Assembly: GCA_001179505.1 (NCBI GenBank)
Contig: CDMY01000236.1
Coordinates: 62,001-126,000 of the forward strand
Length of the DNA stretch: 64,000 nt
Origin: Vitrella brassicaformis CCMP3155
Taxonomy: Eukaryota; Protista; Chromerida
Reading direction: 5' to 3'
Below the pieces are notes generated by a model. The model was not told where the DNA came from. It saw only the letters and a list, made by a program, of their open reading frames with translations, and did not search any database. How positions within the stretch are numbered: position 1 is the stretch's first letter; the number at the start of each line of letters is the position of its first letter. Position numbers and translations under genes: made by a program. Positions 38,365-50,327 of this stretch are shown here, piece after piece.

Positions 38365-40350
38365 TGATACGTTCCGCGCTTTACCCTAAATCATTGCTCC
38401 TCATCAGCATAAAAGAAAATCGCTCCTGCGGGGGTCTACATATAGTTGGCTCTGCTTCGTGCCGACCGTTGACCGGCGTGTTGCGTTCGTCGGTCAGTGA
38501 GACGAGCGTGTTGCAGGTGGCTCGAGCCTTGCATCGGCACAGCAGCTGAAGGCAGGTGCAGCAGGGCATTGCAAAGACACTTACTTGCACCGACACATAC
38601 AGGAAGGTGGCTCGGAAGACCAGGGTGAGTCAGGGAGTCAGAGCCAGTCTGTCGGTCTGTCCTGCATATTGGCTCTCTGCGTTTGGCGTGTGTTGTGTCG
38701 GTTCCCAGGGTCGCAAGACGGGCAAGCGTTCGGGCAAGAAGGCCGCCAAGGAGGAGACCTCGAACAACAAATACGTGAGCAGCTGACATGCATGCAGTGC
38801 CATCCTCCACACAGCCGGCATGGCGTGCTGTCTTCTCTGTCCGTATCCGTCTGTCTGGCTGACAGGTGTACCTGCACCACAAGAAGCCTGCTCCCAAAGG
38901 CTGCCTCGAGTCGTGGCTTGAGGACGGCTCCGCCGACCTCATCCGGCACCCGGAGAAGTCCAAGATCCCCAGCGTCAAGATGCCGCCCCGCATGACCAAG
39001 CGGCAGAGGAAGCGCGCCGAGAAGAAGGCCCAGGAGAAGCGCGACATCAGGGCGAACAACTACCTGGAAAGGCAGGCCGTGTTCCAGAACGCCCACAGCC
39101 GTCTGGCCGAGGCGTCCCACATGACGGAGGAGGCTGTGCGAACGGACGAGTACGGACAGTATAGGAGTGTGATTCACCAGAACCGGACCAAGCAGGAGGT
39201 CAGAACATGAGCAGGGGGGACCTGGGACAAGTGAATGTCTGTCTGTCTGTCTGTCTGCCTGTCTGTGCGTGTGTGTGGGTGGGTGTGGGTGTGGGTGTGG
39301 GTGATATCAGGAGTTTAGCGTGACAGGTGTTGAGGAGTATGTGAAGGAGCTGCCCCCCTACGTGTTGGAGGCCCGCAGCGACACCGTCAACTGCATGATC
39401 CGGGACAGCGTTGAGTTGAAGGTCAGCCACACACAACACCCNNNNNNNNNNNNNNNNNNNNNNNNNNNNNNNNNNNNNNNNNNNNNNNNNNNNNNNNNNN
39501 NNNNNNNNNNNNNNNNNNNNNNNNNNNNNNNNNNNNNNNNNNNNNNNNNNNNNNNNNNNNNNNNNNNNNNNNNNNNNNNNNNNNNNNNNNNNNNNNNNNN
39601 NNNNNNNNNNNNNNNNNNNNNNNNNNNNNNNNNNNNNNNNNNNNNNNNNNNNNNNNNNNNNNNNNNNNNNNNNNNNNNNNNNNNNNNNNNNNNNNNNNNN
39701 NNNNNNNNNNNNNNNNNNNNNNNNNNNNNNNNNNNNNNNNNCAACCCCCCCCCCCCCCCCCCTCTCCCATCACACACTCACAACACCCTTGGATGGCCCC
39801 GGGGGTGTATTGTATTGTGATGGTGCACACACAGGTGAAGGAAGGGACCACCACGTTCGCTGTGCATCTGATGGACCGCTACATGCACCACATGGCCAAG
39901 CAGGGCAAGGCACTCTCGGCGCACCACTACCTGCCGGTGCGTCTGACTGACTGACTGTCCACACAGAGAAGTCCCCCAATGCATGGCTCCAGTGTGTGTG
40001 TGTATGTCCTGCAGATCGGTTACACGTGTTTGTTGATCGCGAGCAAGATGGCGAGCACGATCAGGGAGGAGCAGGTGCCCATCGCCAAGTTGGTCAAGTG
40101 TGCCGCTAACCTCACCTACACCCCTGGACGGAGCTCGCTGCCGATGTGGCGATGCCACATATTGCTGCCTACACTTTATATTCGTCAGTGTGTGTCGCTG
40201 TTCTTCTCGCTGTCCAAATGATTCCGGCCATGCGAACGGTACCCACACCCACTCCCACCCCCCAACCAACACCCGCCACCCACCACTCACGCGTTTCTGT
40301 TTCGTCGATTCAGGGAGTGCTGAATACTGTGCTGGCCAAGTGAAGCAACG
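38365..40350 (+). CDS. Divergent cyclin (cyclin-box N domain), multi-exon, spans the assembly gap
   Basis: Exons ARSDTVNCMIRDSVELK|VKEGTTTFAVHLMDRYM|IGYTCLLIASKM..LTYT align to cyclin-box helices (R..LVDW / ET..LAV..IDR / G..CL.IASK). The Lys/Arg-rich N-terminus looks NLS-like. Both ends are uncertain. Confidence 0.6.
39442..39741. other. Assembly gap (300 N) flanked by a poly-C tract
   Basis: Run of N in the sequence, lying within a cyclin intron. Confidence 1.
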
Positions 40351-40439
40351 ATGCCCACTTGCCGCGGCTGGGCCAGCGGGACTGGCAATGAACCACACAC
40401 ACACACAAGCGGGCGGCGACTGACCGGTGAGAAGGAACA

Positions 40440-41340
40440 GATGACATGGATGGTGTGGTGTGGTGTGGTGTGTGCGGTCACCGTCTCATCGGTCTCTCTC
40501 TGCGGGCGTGTTGTATGTCAATCAGGTGTTAGCTGGAATGTGCTGCCTCGCCTCGCCTCGCCTCGCCTCGATGAATGCATGGATGGCTGGCTGGCTGGAT
40601 GGATGGATTCCCCTGCCCTGTCTTATGTATAGCGAATTGGCAGCCTTTTCTGTTTTGGCCACTCAGAGAGGCCCACCCACCCACCCATCAGCTTGCACAC
40701 CACACAACAAAGCAAAACACTATCTGCCTATCGCTGGCTGCTTGTCCTGCATTGATTGCATGTGTGATGCGACAGACAGACAGTGGATGAACCATGTATT
40801 GTATTGTAGACACCCACCCTGAAGCAACGGGGGCAGGCCGGGATTCAGGGACCCAGCTTGCCCTTGTCTCTTCCCTCCTTGTATATCAGCCAGCCCACCT
40901 CTGAGATGCATGTGTGTGTGTAGGTGGGATGGATGGCCGGATGGATGGATGCAATGGATGTGTGTGTATGTGTATGTGATGGGGTGGCATCCGGCGGTAT
41001 ACATGCATCTGTACATATGGTGTCCGCTTGTATCGTCACGTACGTACAGACTCACTCACTCAGAGAGGTTCATTCACCAACTCACTCACACACACAAAGA
41101 CCCCAACCAACTCTGCCCATGTGCGCACACAACACGCTGTGTGTCGCTGCCTGCTTGTATTGTATTGCATCGTATTCTATTGTATTGTATTGATGTATTG
41201 CATTGGATACATCGAGCGCCGTTTTTGTGCCCCGCGTGCCTTCCCAACACCACCTTCCTCAGCCAGCGAGACTCACTGACTGCATTGCCCGATGGATCAT
41301 GGATGGATGGATCTCCCTTGCCACATGCATGAGCCATGGA
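40440..41340. repeat. Microsatellite-rich intergenic/intronic region: (GTGTG), (CCTCG), (GGAT), (GT), (ATTGT)
   Basis: Several simple repeats are visible and no coherent ORF is present. Confidence 0.75.
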
Positions 41341-41538
41341 TGAGTGTGATGGAGAGACCAGGCACGCTATCCCCTACGGGTGGCTAAGCTCGCAGAGAGA
41401 CACAGAAGCTCGCAAAGAGTGGCACCTTTCCCCGTCGCTCCTCATGCCCTCTCTTAGTGCCCTTGACAGCCATTGTCCGCCGATGAGTTTTCCTGCAGTT
41501 TTCTTGTCCCTTTGAGGTGACCTCTTGCAGCCGGCAGG

Positions 41539-43127
41539 ATGGGCAAGGAGGTGGTCAAGGAGGCACACTGCCTGAGCATCGACTGCTCATTGGACGACTG
41601 CATAGACGAACAGAGCACATGGAGGCCCACTATCGGATTCATCGGTAACAAAATGCCGCAAAATTCTGTCATCAGACTGGTCACTGCTGTTGAGTTTTCT
41701 GCGTGTGTGTGTTTGTGCAGGTTGCGGCACCATCGGCGGCCGTCATGTGGAGAATTTCCTCGAGAATGGTCCGTATGCCTGTTGTGTTGCAATGTCCGGT
41801 ATTTCATTTTATGATGGCTTATCTATCGCAGGCTATGCGGTTTGTGTATATGACATCAGCGCCACCAGGATGGCCGAAACGAAGGCCATCGGCGCCAAGC
41901 TGACCGCCGGATGCTACGAGTGTGCTGCTTCCAGCGACGTCATCTTCACCTCGCTGCCCACCCCTGCCGACGTGTCCAAGGCCGTCCTCGATGAAGATAC
42001 GGGCATCCTACGCGCCATTGCGCCCGGGAAGATATACGTCGACATCACGTGGGCACAACAAACGTCTGCCAGATCGCTGTGCCTTCTCCTTTTCTTCCTT
42101 TGATGTGCAGCACTAATTCGACAGCGATGGTTCACAGATTGTGTGGGGCGATTGAGGCGAGGGGCGGCGAGATGCTGGACGCCCCCTTCAACGACTGCCC
42201 TGTGGGGGCGACGAGCATCTATGGGATGGGCCTGGCGGTGCTGGCCTCGGGCAACATCGACACCTTCCATAGAGTGCACCATCTACTCGCCCTCATGGCC
42301 GATAACGTCCTCTACTGCGGGAGCATCGGCAAGGGCACCGAATGCAAACTGGTCCGTCCGTCAGGGAAATGGGAGGGGGGGAGATGGTCTGCGTATATGT
42401 TGTGGTGGTTCGGTGGTTGGTTGGGTGTGTGTGTGTGTCAGATCCACAACGCAGTGAATGCAGTAGCGGTGCAGGCCGTGTCTGAGGGCGTCACTCTGGG
42501 CCTCGCAGCCGGCATCCCACTCAACACCATTTGGGATGGTACGCACAACAACACATGACACAATACAAAGCCGGCTGGCTGATCGACGGATGCATTCATA
42601 TGTGAGCTCCGTGTGGATGGATGCAGCTCTGCGTCTGGGCGCCTTCGGCCAGAATGCCGGCGACATTCACGGTGGGGGGTGGGTAACTACACTGGACAGA
42701 CAGACAGGCAGACAACACACGCATGGCACAGGCACAGGCACGTCGATGTCTGTCTGCCTGTCTGTCTGTCTGCCTGTGTTGTCAGGCCTTCCGCACTACT
42801 GGTTCAGCCGTCGTATGGACTCTGACGCCTGCCCGCCGGCCTTCACCGTCAAGCTGCTGCGCAAGGACCTGCGGCTCACGCTGGCCCTCGCCAAGGAGCG
42901 GGACGTGCCGGTGCCGCAGATCAGCGCCACCGAGCAGGAGTACATGGAGGCCGAGAAACGCGGATGGGCTCACTGTGCTGCCACCAAAGGTAGGTGCGAT
43001 GGATGCATAGCTGTGGTGTGGCAATGGTGCGGTGCACATGTGGATTGACTCCTCTGTTGTTCCTGTTGCCTTCGTCTCAGTGCGTTGTTTGCAGGAGGCG
43101 CGGGCGGGCGTCGTGGCAAGTGAGTGA
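41539..43127 (+). CDS. NAD(P)-dependent beta-hydroxyacid dehydrogenase (3-hydroxyisobutyrate/6PGD NAD-binding family), multi-exon
   Basis: TIGFIG|CGTIG Rossmann motif, VYD, SDVIFTSLP, GKIYVDIT|TNS, LDAP, catalytic-Lys motif GKGTECKL|IHN, AVSEG, F..KLLRKDLRL. Ends LQEARAGVVASE-TGA at 43127. Confidence 0.9.
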
Positions 43128-44928
43128 CGCGGGTGGCATACACATGACGTGGATGGCTGGCTGGCTGGCATGAGGGTTGTTGTACTCCGTTGTTGTTACT
43201 CTTCAGAGGGCGATGTACCTTTGCTGCCACACCCCATGATGCAGTGCGGGTCCGCCCCGAGCTCGCCCAGAAGCGCACCCAGCGCCTCCCGCACAGCCAA
43301 TCGCAAGTCGGCGGCATGCATCAGCCGTGAGTGCCCCCTGTGGATGGTGGTGGTGCTCGTGGTGGTCACCAATCTCGTGCAGTGGGTACTGCGCGGTGCG
43401 GTGCAGGGGGATGGCTGGTGGCTGTGAGTCAGTCAGTGATTGCATGGGGGGCTGTGTCTGTCTGGCATGTCTGCATTGCAATGGGGGGCTGTGCAGTGCA
43501 AAGGCGTTTCGTGTGAGCACGTAAGTCTTGACGAGAGTTGGGGTGGGGTGGGTTGGGAGGGAGGGAATCTCATCGTGTTTTGGTGTCCTATCTAGTATCT
43601 CCCTGCATGTCGCTCCTTCCTCGTGGCGCATACAGTCAGTGCGACGATTATCCATCATCGCCGCGGTGGTTGCCTGTGCTCCGGGAAGAGGCGACATGCA
43701 GTGAAGGTGCTGTCGCATTTGGACCGCTGCTCGGCGGCATCCATCCATTAACAGGGGGGAGGCATGAATACTTGTGGCTGTGTGTGTGAGTGCGTGTTTG
43801 TGTCTGTGTGTTGGGGTAAGCTGCTCGGTTGGCTGCTACACTGGTGTTTTTTGGCGCGACGCGCAGCTGCCTTTCTCTGTATGGGTCGTGTGGTGCGTCG
43901 ATCTGGCTGATGATTGATTCGCCTGCTTGGTGGCATGCGTCAAGAGCGGGCTGTTTTCGTTTTGCAGTCACCAACAAGGCTGCAAAAACGATTGCGCATC
44001 GCCCGTCTGTTTGTACCTTTTTGCGTGTGCTGTTAGTGGCGAGGTTTTGCCCTGCGTGTCGGGCAGTTTTGACGCCCTGCGGCTCAGTGCGTGGGACGTT
44101 TTCCGCTCACCAGTTTTCCGATGGTTGCACGTGGTGTAGTGTGTGTATAAAGCTTGGATGGCAAAGGGCAAGAGGGCTGCGTGGGGCTCCCTTTTTCCTG
44201 TCTCCTGTACAGACAGACACATTCCGTGAGTCCGTGTGTGTGTGTGTGTGTGTGTGCCGATTTTACAACGCCCACATCACACACCCATCAACCAACCCAT
44301 TTTCTGGTACGGCTCGGCTCCTTCTTCGCCACACTCTCTCTCAGGGCCCTCAGCGCGTGTATTGTAAGCACGTGTGTGAGGGTGTGTCACTGTCTAGCAT
44401 GCTGCATTTCCATCCGTCCATCGAGCCATCTCTCTGTCTATCTGTCTGTCTGTCCATCTTTCTTACCACCAAGTGGAGGATCGAGGGATTTCACATTTTC
44501 CTGCCTTGGCCCCGACCGAATGTGCCATGATCCGTGTGTCCATACTCACTGCTGCACGTTTCTAGTGTCGTGTTCTCAACGCGCGAGAGAGAAGAGGCGA
44601 GGGGGGAACCATCCACACACGTGGGACGAGGGATGGGACGCCATTTTGTTATACGTCGTGGAAGCAAAAAGACCCTTTTGTGAAAAGTCCACCCCAGTGA
44701 TGGATGTTTTGCGATGCGAACCGAGATCACCCAATTCATTCCCTAGTCACGTATGTACAGACTGTACGCCCACAATGCACCGGTGGGCCGTCTGCCTCCC
44801 TCGATCCGTCCATCCACTGCACATTATCGACCACCATGCACTTCACTCGTGTCGTCCATCCACATCTGGTATGCCGGCAAAGGCCCCCTCCTCGACTGCA
44901 TCTGACAACAAAAACAACACGACGACAC

Positions 44929-46110
44929 CTAATTAGTTGCGATACATACAAAGTCCCTCCGATGATGTGTCTCACCGAGGCCCCCATGCAGGACAAACCG
45001 CACCGGCGCGAAAGGCAGGTCGTTGAAGGGCAGTGCGTCAAACATCGTCACGCTGCCAGAAGGCAAACCAGACACTGTGGCCGCCCCACCGTCACCCATA
45101 CCGCTCTCGCTCAGCATGCGTCTGATGACCTCCAGCCGGTCACTTCCATCGCGCAATGCGGCGATTGGGGTGGTTGGCGGTGCTGCAGTTGGCGACGGAG
45201 TGCTCTTGATGGCCCTGTACGCGTCGAGTGAGCGGTAGAGCCGCTGATGGAGGGATGTGGCCAGCTTGGACCATTGCCTGGACGTCTGCTTGAAGTGTGC
45301 GAGAGCCGAGCAGAAGTGGTGTCGAGTGGAAGGGATCTCGCGCATCAGCTGGTGCTCGTTGAGGAGGAAACCGAGCTTGTGTGCCTTGTCCATGGTAGCC
45401 TTGCACTGGCCCCACAGCCAGACGCAGTTTTCTTCTTTGACAGCTACGGCCACATGCACTCTCCTGCCCTCATTGCTGCCCGACGCACCAGTAGAAGGCA
45501 CCTCCACGTCCACATAAGACCGATACTGCACCCATCACACACATCCGCACACACGCACACATTACCGGCGGCCGGTTGCGCTGCTTGCACCATCCACATG
45601 CTTACTTGTGGGTCGCAGAATGAGCATGACACCCCCGTGTAGAACTGCAGAAGGCCACGGGTGCAGTTGTGGAGGTCCTCAAACAGGTGGGCGAAAGAGC
45701 TGCCAAACTCAGAAGACAAGCCGCGAGCCGTCCTTGTGAGATCCAAACCCAGCTCACTGATCAACACTGAGGAAAAGAAGAGCACAGCACACAATGGGCC
45801 ATCCCGTTCTTGTTTGTTGTGGCGCACCAGCAGCAATGTTGACACGGACAGCCAGGGAGGCGATGAATCGAGGCCTGCAGCAATCGGGCTGCCCATTCCA
45901 CTGCCGACACAAAGAGAAGTTCGCCGAGCTGACCGTCGCCACGTCAAAGAAATAAGGGAAGGCCGTGTGGTTGAGCCATTGCACTGAGCCCTTGACAATG
46001 GGCGAGTCGCACGTCACGCCCTCATCGTCGGGGGGTGGCGAGGGAAGCAGCTTTGCGGCTGTCCTGGTGGCCCAAGCAACAAAGAAGAGCCATGGCACGA
46101 GGGGTTTCAT
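44929..46110 (-). CDS. Secreted Cys-rich protein, possibly folate-receptor/HHIP-N-like fold; 3' end may extend to about 43190
   Basis: Signal peptide MKPLVPWLFFVAWATRTAA. Cys pattern TC..LCRQWNGQPDCCRP..NCTRGLLQFYTGVSCSFCDPQ..ENCVWLWGQCK resembles Folate_rec-family spacing. The fold call is tentative. Confidence 0.45.
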
Positions 46111-46302
46111 ATGCAGGCACTGGAACAGCGGCAACATGATTTACGATCGCGTTGTAAACAGGGGCTGGTGGAGTGTGTTTGTGTGTGTCTGGGCCAATAA
46201 TATGACCGGCGAATACCATCTCTACCTACTAAAGCCTGCTCACGTGCGTCCACATGCATGTATCGACATGCCTACAGCCACGATGTCTGTTTGTCTGTCT
46301 GT

Positions 46303-47771
46303 CTACTGGAATTGGTTCTTTCCGATGAAGAAGTTAGCGCCTCTTAGCTCCAGCCCCTGAGACGACGCCCACTCATGGGCCTGCCGACAGCAACCAGGAC
46401 ACACACATCGACAACACGCATGAGATAATGTCGCTGGATGAGTCTCACTCACTTTGAAGTTTATGCGGTTCCTCGACCGCGGCAGTGGCAGCAGCGGTGG
46501 GCTGTCGTCCTTCTTCTCGTATAACACAAACACGTACCTGATGGATGGATGCATGGGCAAAGAAGCAACCAACAGAGCCATGCACTCGATGCATCGATGA
46601 AGCTTGTGTTGACTGACTGACCTGTGTGGCCCTGTCTTCGGCGGTGTCCTTGGCGGCACGTATGGCGTCTCGATGATGGTGCCTTGGCCGAGGGACACAC
46701 CTGCACCGAACACACACCAAAACGTCTGCATCAGGTAGGGACACACAGCTGTGTGCGCAGATTTACACAGACCTCTGATGTTGGACACAGCCCAGTGAAG
46801 GAACTCCCTGTACTTGGGATTCTCCCCTGACACACATGAGCCAACCAGCATGACCAACGCGCACGCCCGTCCTCTCATCTCATTTGAGAACGGCTTCCGT
46901 ACTTGATGGGGCATCCTGCGCCATGGCACACGGACAAGGAAAGCAGAAATGACGCCGAAAGAATGAGCCAGCGGATGTGCAGAGAATCAATCGTCTTACC
47001 GGGTCCGTTAGGAGCAGCACATACGATGACCCTTCAGGTGGCGGCTTGTCCAACAAGAGACCTGGAGACCGCTCAGCATCTGAAGGGAAGGAAGTTCAGG
47101 CAGCACCCATCCGTCCAGCGTATGCATGGGTAGCTAGCTGTTCGAGCACCATGGTGGCTGTGCTGTGTGACCCACCTACCTGTCATGCTGATCTCGTTGC
47201 CGAATTCCACAGGCACCGACAGTTGCCGCCCCACGAAGCCGGTGTTCAGGTCAAACCTCACCCGCACCCAGCGGTCAGGCTCAAACTCAGGGATCACATC
47301 AGGGATGATATCAGCCTTCCGCAGATCATCAAGCGTCTCCCGCAGCGTCACCTGGCCCATGTCCAGATCAGCGTCCGACAGGTCCAGCAGCTCACGCAGC
47401 CACCTCTCCAGAGCTGTCGTCCGGAAGTTCAGCGGCTGCCATGAACGAGGCGACAGCGCCACATTCCCACCGGGGCCTTCAGCACCTTCAGAGGCCCTCG
47501 TGATGTCTGCCGGCTGGACGATGGCTGGCGGGTCAACAGGAACAGGCGGCACCTCTGATGGCAGCAGCATGAGCCGAGAGTGCCTGTGGATGGGGCGGGG
47601 AGGGGCCCCAGGGGCGTGGAATGGGTTAGCAGGAAAGATCATTGCGAGGAAGACAGCGAGAATGAGCCCTGGCGGGCTGAGGATCATTGAAAGCGCCCCC
47701 TTGATGATGGAGTAGAGGAGCCGAATCATCTCTGCCGGCGATTCTTCGTCACCTTGCTGCATAATCTCCAT
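46303..47771 (-). CDS. Phosphatidylethanolamine-binding protein (PEBP/RKIP family) with N-terminal hydrophobic anchor
   Basis: DIIPDVI..V.F, SYVLLLTDP|DAPS|RENPKYREFLHWAVSNIRG|..PYVPPRTPPKTGPHR|YVFVLYEK..NRINFK..GANFF are the canonical PEBP motifs. Stop at 46303. Confidence 0.92.
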
Positions 47772-48028
47772 TCAGAAGCGGTGCCATGTGGCAGATCTTG
47801 ATGAGATCACGGAATTCGAAAACGCCAATGGGACAACCAGTCTAAAGGCTTCCTCGTGGCCGTGAATACAATGGTCTGCGTTGAGTTCTGGCGAATGCGC
47901 CGGAAGATGGGGAGCTCGCAGTTCTGAGCGCGCTGCTTGGCGAGGTGCGGTAGGTTTAGAGAAACAGCAGGTGCCTTTTCCTTGCTGTGTGTTGCCAATT
48001 CGGCGCTCTGCGCCCTAGGCTGCGTCTC

Positions 48029-49276
48029 ATGGCGGAAGCGGCCACGTCTGGAGATGTTGCAGCCACCGCACACCTTAGGGCTTCTGATGACCAGACCACC
48101 TCGGGCTCATCGGTTTCTTCCCAGTATCCGGCAGTGATCAAGCCGTTTCCGCCGCGTCTGCTCCGCCCGCCATGGCAGGGGCAGAGCAGTGATGTGGCGG
48201 AAGGGCCGAAAGATGATACGTCAGGTGAGCCGGAGGTCAGACAGGATGTGCAGTACATGATCACTCACCCGGGGCTGTCCCTTCTCTCCTCACTCTCAGG
48301 TTCATCCCAGAAGCACAACGGGAGCAACAAGGCGGAGTCCCCCACGGTTTGGAAGCCCTCCAAAATGCCGATCATTCTGCCAGGGCTATTGCCACGGACT
48401 GTCGATGGGGTGGTGGGGGGCGGTGCATCGGTGACGGGCACCGCGACAGGGGCGTCGCGTGACACTCGCGGCTTTGGGTTTCCCCCAGTGCCTCTCTCAG
48501 AGCATGGAGGGCCCACAGGTGAGGAGGGACGACAGGCAAGAGATGGCATGGCCAGCGTTGTGACGGTGTGGTGTGGTGTATCCGTTTTGCGTGTAGGTTC
48601 GAAGCGTCACGCGGCGACCCCTCCTGCGCTAGGGAACCTCACCCCCTCCCCGTCAGCAGCGGCCTCCTCGCCCGACACCAATCGCAGCGCACCCCCCGGC
48701 AGGCCCCAGCAGCGTCACGCCAACAAGCTGGCCAGGAGCTCCAAGATCTCCATCTCGCCCATGCCGGAGGTGGACAACAACAACCACCGCCAGCCAGCCG
48801 CCAGCGGCATCAAACGCCCCCACACACAAGGCAGCGGCGACGCGGGCCGGTCTCAGAAGCGGCCGGCGGTCACCCCCCCACAGCCCAAACAGCCAGCACC
48901 CGTCAAGCAGACCGACGGCCAAGCGGCGAGTAGCCCGCAGCGGCCGCCCAGTGCCGTCCACGGGGCCACCATGTCGCTGCTGCAGACCCTCATGCAGGAG
49001 GAGGGCGCCACGCGGTCTCTGATGGCCCAGCTAGACCAAGGCGGCCCGTTGACACCTTCACGTCAGGGCAAGGCTGACGACGGGCAGGCCAAGCGGTGGG
49101 AGCAGTGTGTGAGCTCGATCAACACGAGGGCCGACTTCTTGTACCTGCTCAAGAGGATCAAGAGGGACGACCCGCCCATTCATGCGTCGCTGGTCGAGTA
49201 TCTGCGGGACAATGGCCAGGAGGTGCCGGCGGACACGGAGTGGGAGGAGGAAGGAAATGCCGCACACCGAGAGTGA
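48029..49276 (+). CDS. Hypothetical low-complexity (P/S/A/Q-rich) protein with a short ordered C-terminal helical domain
   Basis: ORF of about 415 aa from ATG 48029. C-terminus KRWEQCVSSINTRADFLYLLKRIKRDDPPIHASLVEYLRD; no family recognised. Confidence 0.55.
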   Translation: MAEAATSGDVAATAHLRASDDQTTSGSSVSSQYPAVIKPFPPRLLRPPWQGQSSDVAEGPKDDTSGEPEVRQDVQYMITHPGLSLLSSLSGSSQKHNGSNKAESPTVWKPSKMPIILPGLLPRTVDGVVGGGASVTGTATGASRDTRGFGFPPVPLSEHGGPTGEEGRQARDGMASVVTVWCGVSVLRVGSKRHAATPPALGNLTPSPSAAASSPDTNRSAPPGRPQQRHANKLARSSKISISPMPEVDNNNHRQPAASGIKRPHTQGSGDAGRSQKRPAVTPPQPKQPAPVKQTDGQAASSPQRPPSAVHGATMSLLQTLMQEEGATRSLMAQLDQGGPLTPSRQGKADDGQAKRWEQCVSSINTRADFLYLLKRIKRDDPPIHASLVEYLRDNGQEVPADTEWEEEGNAAHRE

Positions 49277-50327
49277 CTAGCCCGCACCTCGGCGTATATC
49301 ACAAGGTGAGCAGAGGGTGGGTGGCATCTGGTGTGGGCTCTTCTTATCAAGCTCCTTTTCGGTGTGGCGTGTCTGTTGTGTCAGGTTTTGCGTGGAAGCT
49401 CTGCTTCACCCTTGTGTTCAAGACAAGACAAGACAAGACACCTGTCTATATTCATAAGTGTAGCATAGCTATTGTCATCTATCCGGCGGCCGGTCAGCGT
49501 ACCGTATGGCGAAAACGTCACACTGTCTGGGGGGTATGGGGGATGGGGGAGGGAGGATGGGAGGGAAGCGGAGCACGGGTGGGTAGGGGCTTCTCCTGTT
49601 TTGTACGTCCCTCTGTATACCGTGTCGATTGGTATGTATGTGTATCTTCTGGCTGAGATGTTAGTCCGTGCCTTGTCTGTGTCTTGGTTTGACCTGTGGT
49701 GGGCCGAGGACAGCAAAGCCCATCGAGATGCTGAGGGCTGCATCCTGATGAGCTCAGTCGTGCTCGGCCCACCTCAGACAGGTGAATCCAACAACAGGCA
49801 GACAGACACGATAGGGATGGGAAGAGAAAGGACGCGGAATCTGCTTATCTGCTTCCGCTGGCTACTGGCTGGCTGGCTGCCTCTCTCGTGTGCGTGTTGC
49901 TTGACGCGACAGACAGCCCTGTGGGAGCAGGGGAGCTTGTCCACCCTTTTAGATGAGCTACTCTGTTCATCATGCGGGGTGGCTCATGGCAGCAGCGTGC
50001 ACGGGATGATATGAGCACCTACCTAGTCGTGGTGTATGTGTGAGTGGACGGATGGTCATGACTGAATGAGTGGTGGCTTCTACTAGCTACTGAAGACGGT
50101 CAAGCAGGCTGTACACCATTCAATGATAAGTGACACATAGGCACTGACTGCCACATAACATCACACACGCAACTGCACATCCGCGTGAATGAATGCCACA
50201 CGCGAAAGCTGACAAATACATACGTCTGCCTAGGCTATCGCCGTCAAGGCTCGTCTACTCATGACCTAACACCCGAACACCCGGCCGCTCAGCTGACACA
50301 GCAGGGCGCCTTCCATTGCAGCCCTGC

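Noticed and set aside
43190-44900. Scattered ORFs on both strands, including LAVREALGALLGELGADP near 43200-43320 on the minus strand
   Set aside because: They could not be assembled into a supported gene model. They may be 3' exons of the 44929-46110 gene or UTR with microsatellites.
49280-50320. ORFs of 120-186 aa between the hypothetical gene and polA
   Set aside because: Low-complexity, repeat-derived translations in converging 3' UTR/intergenic DNA.
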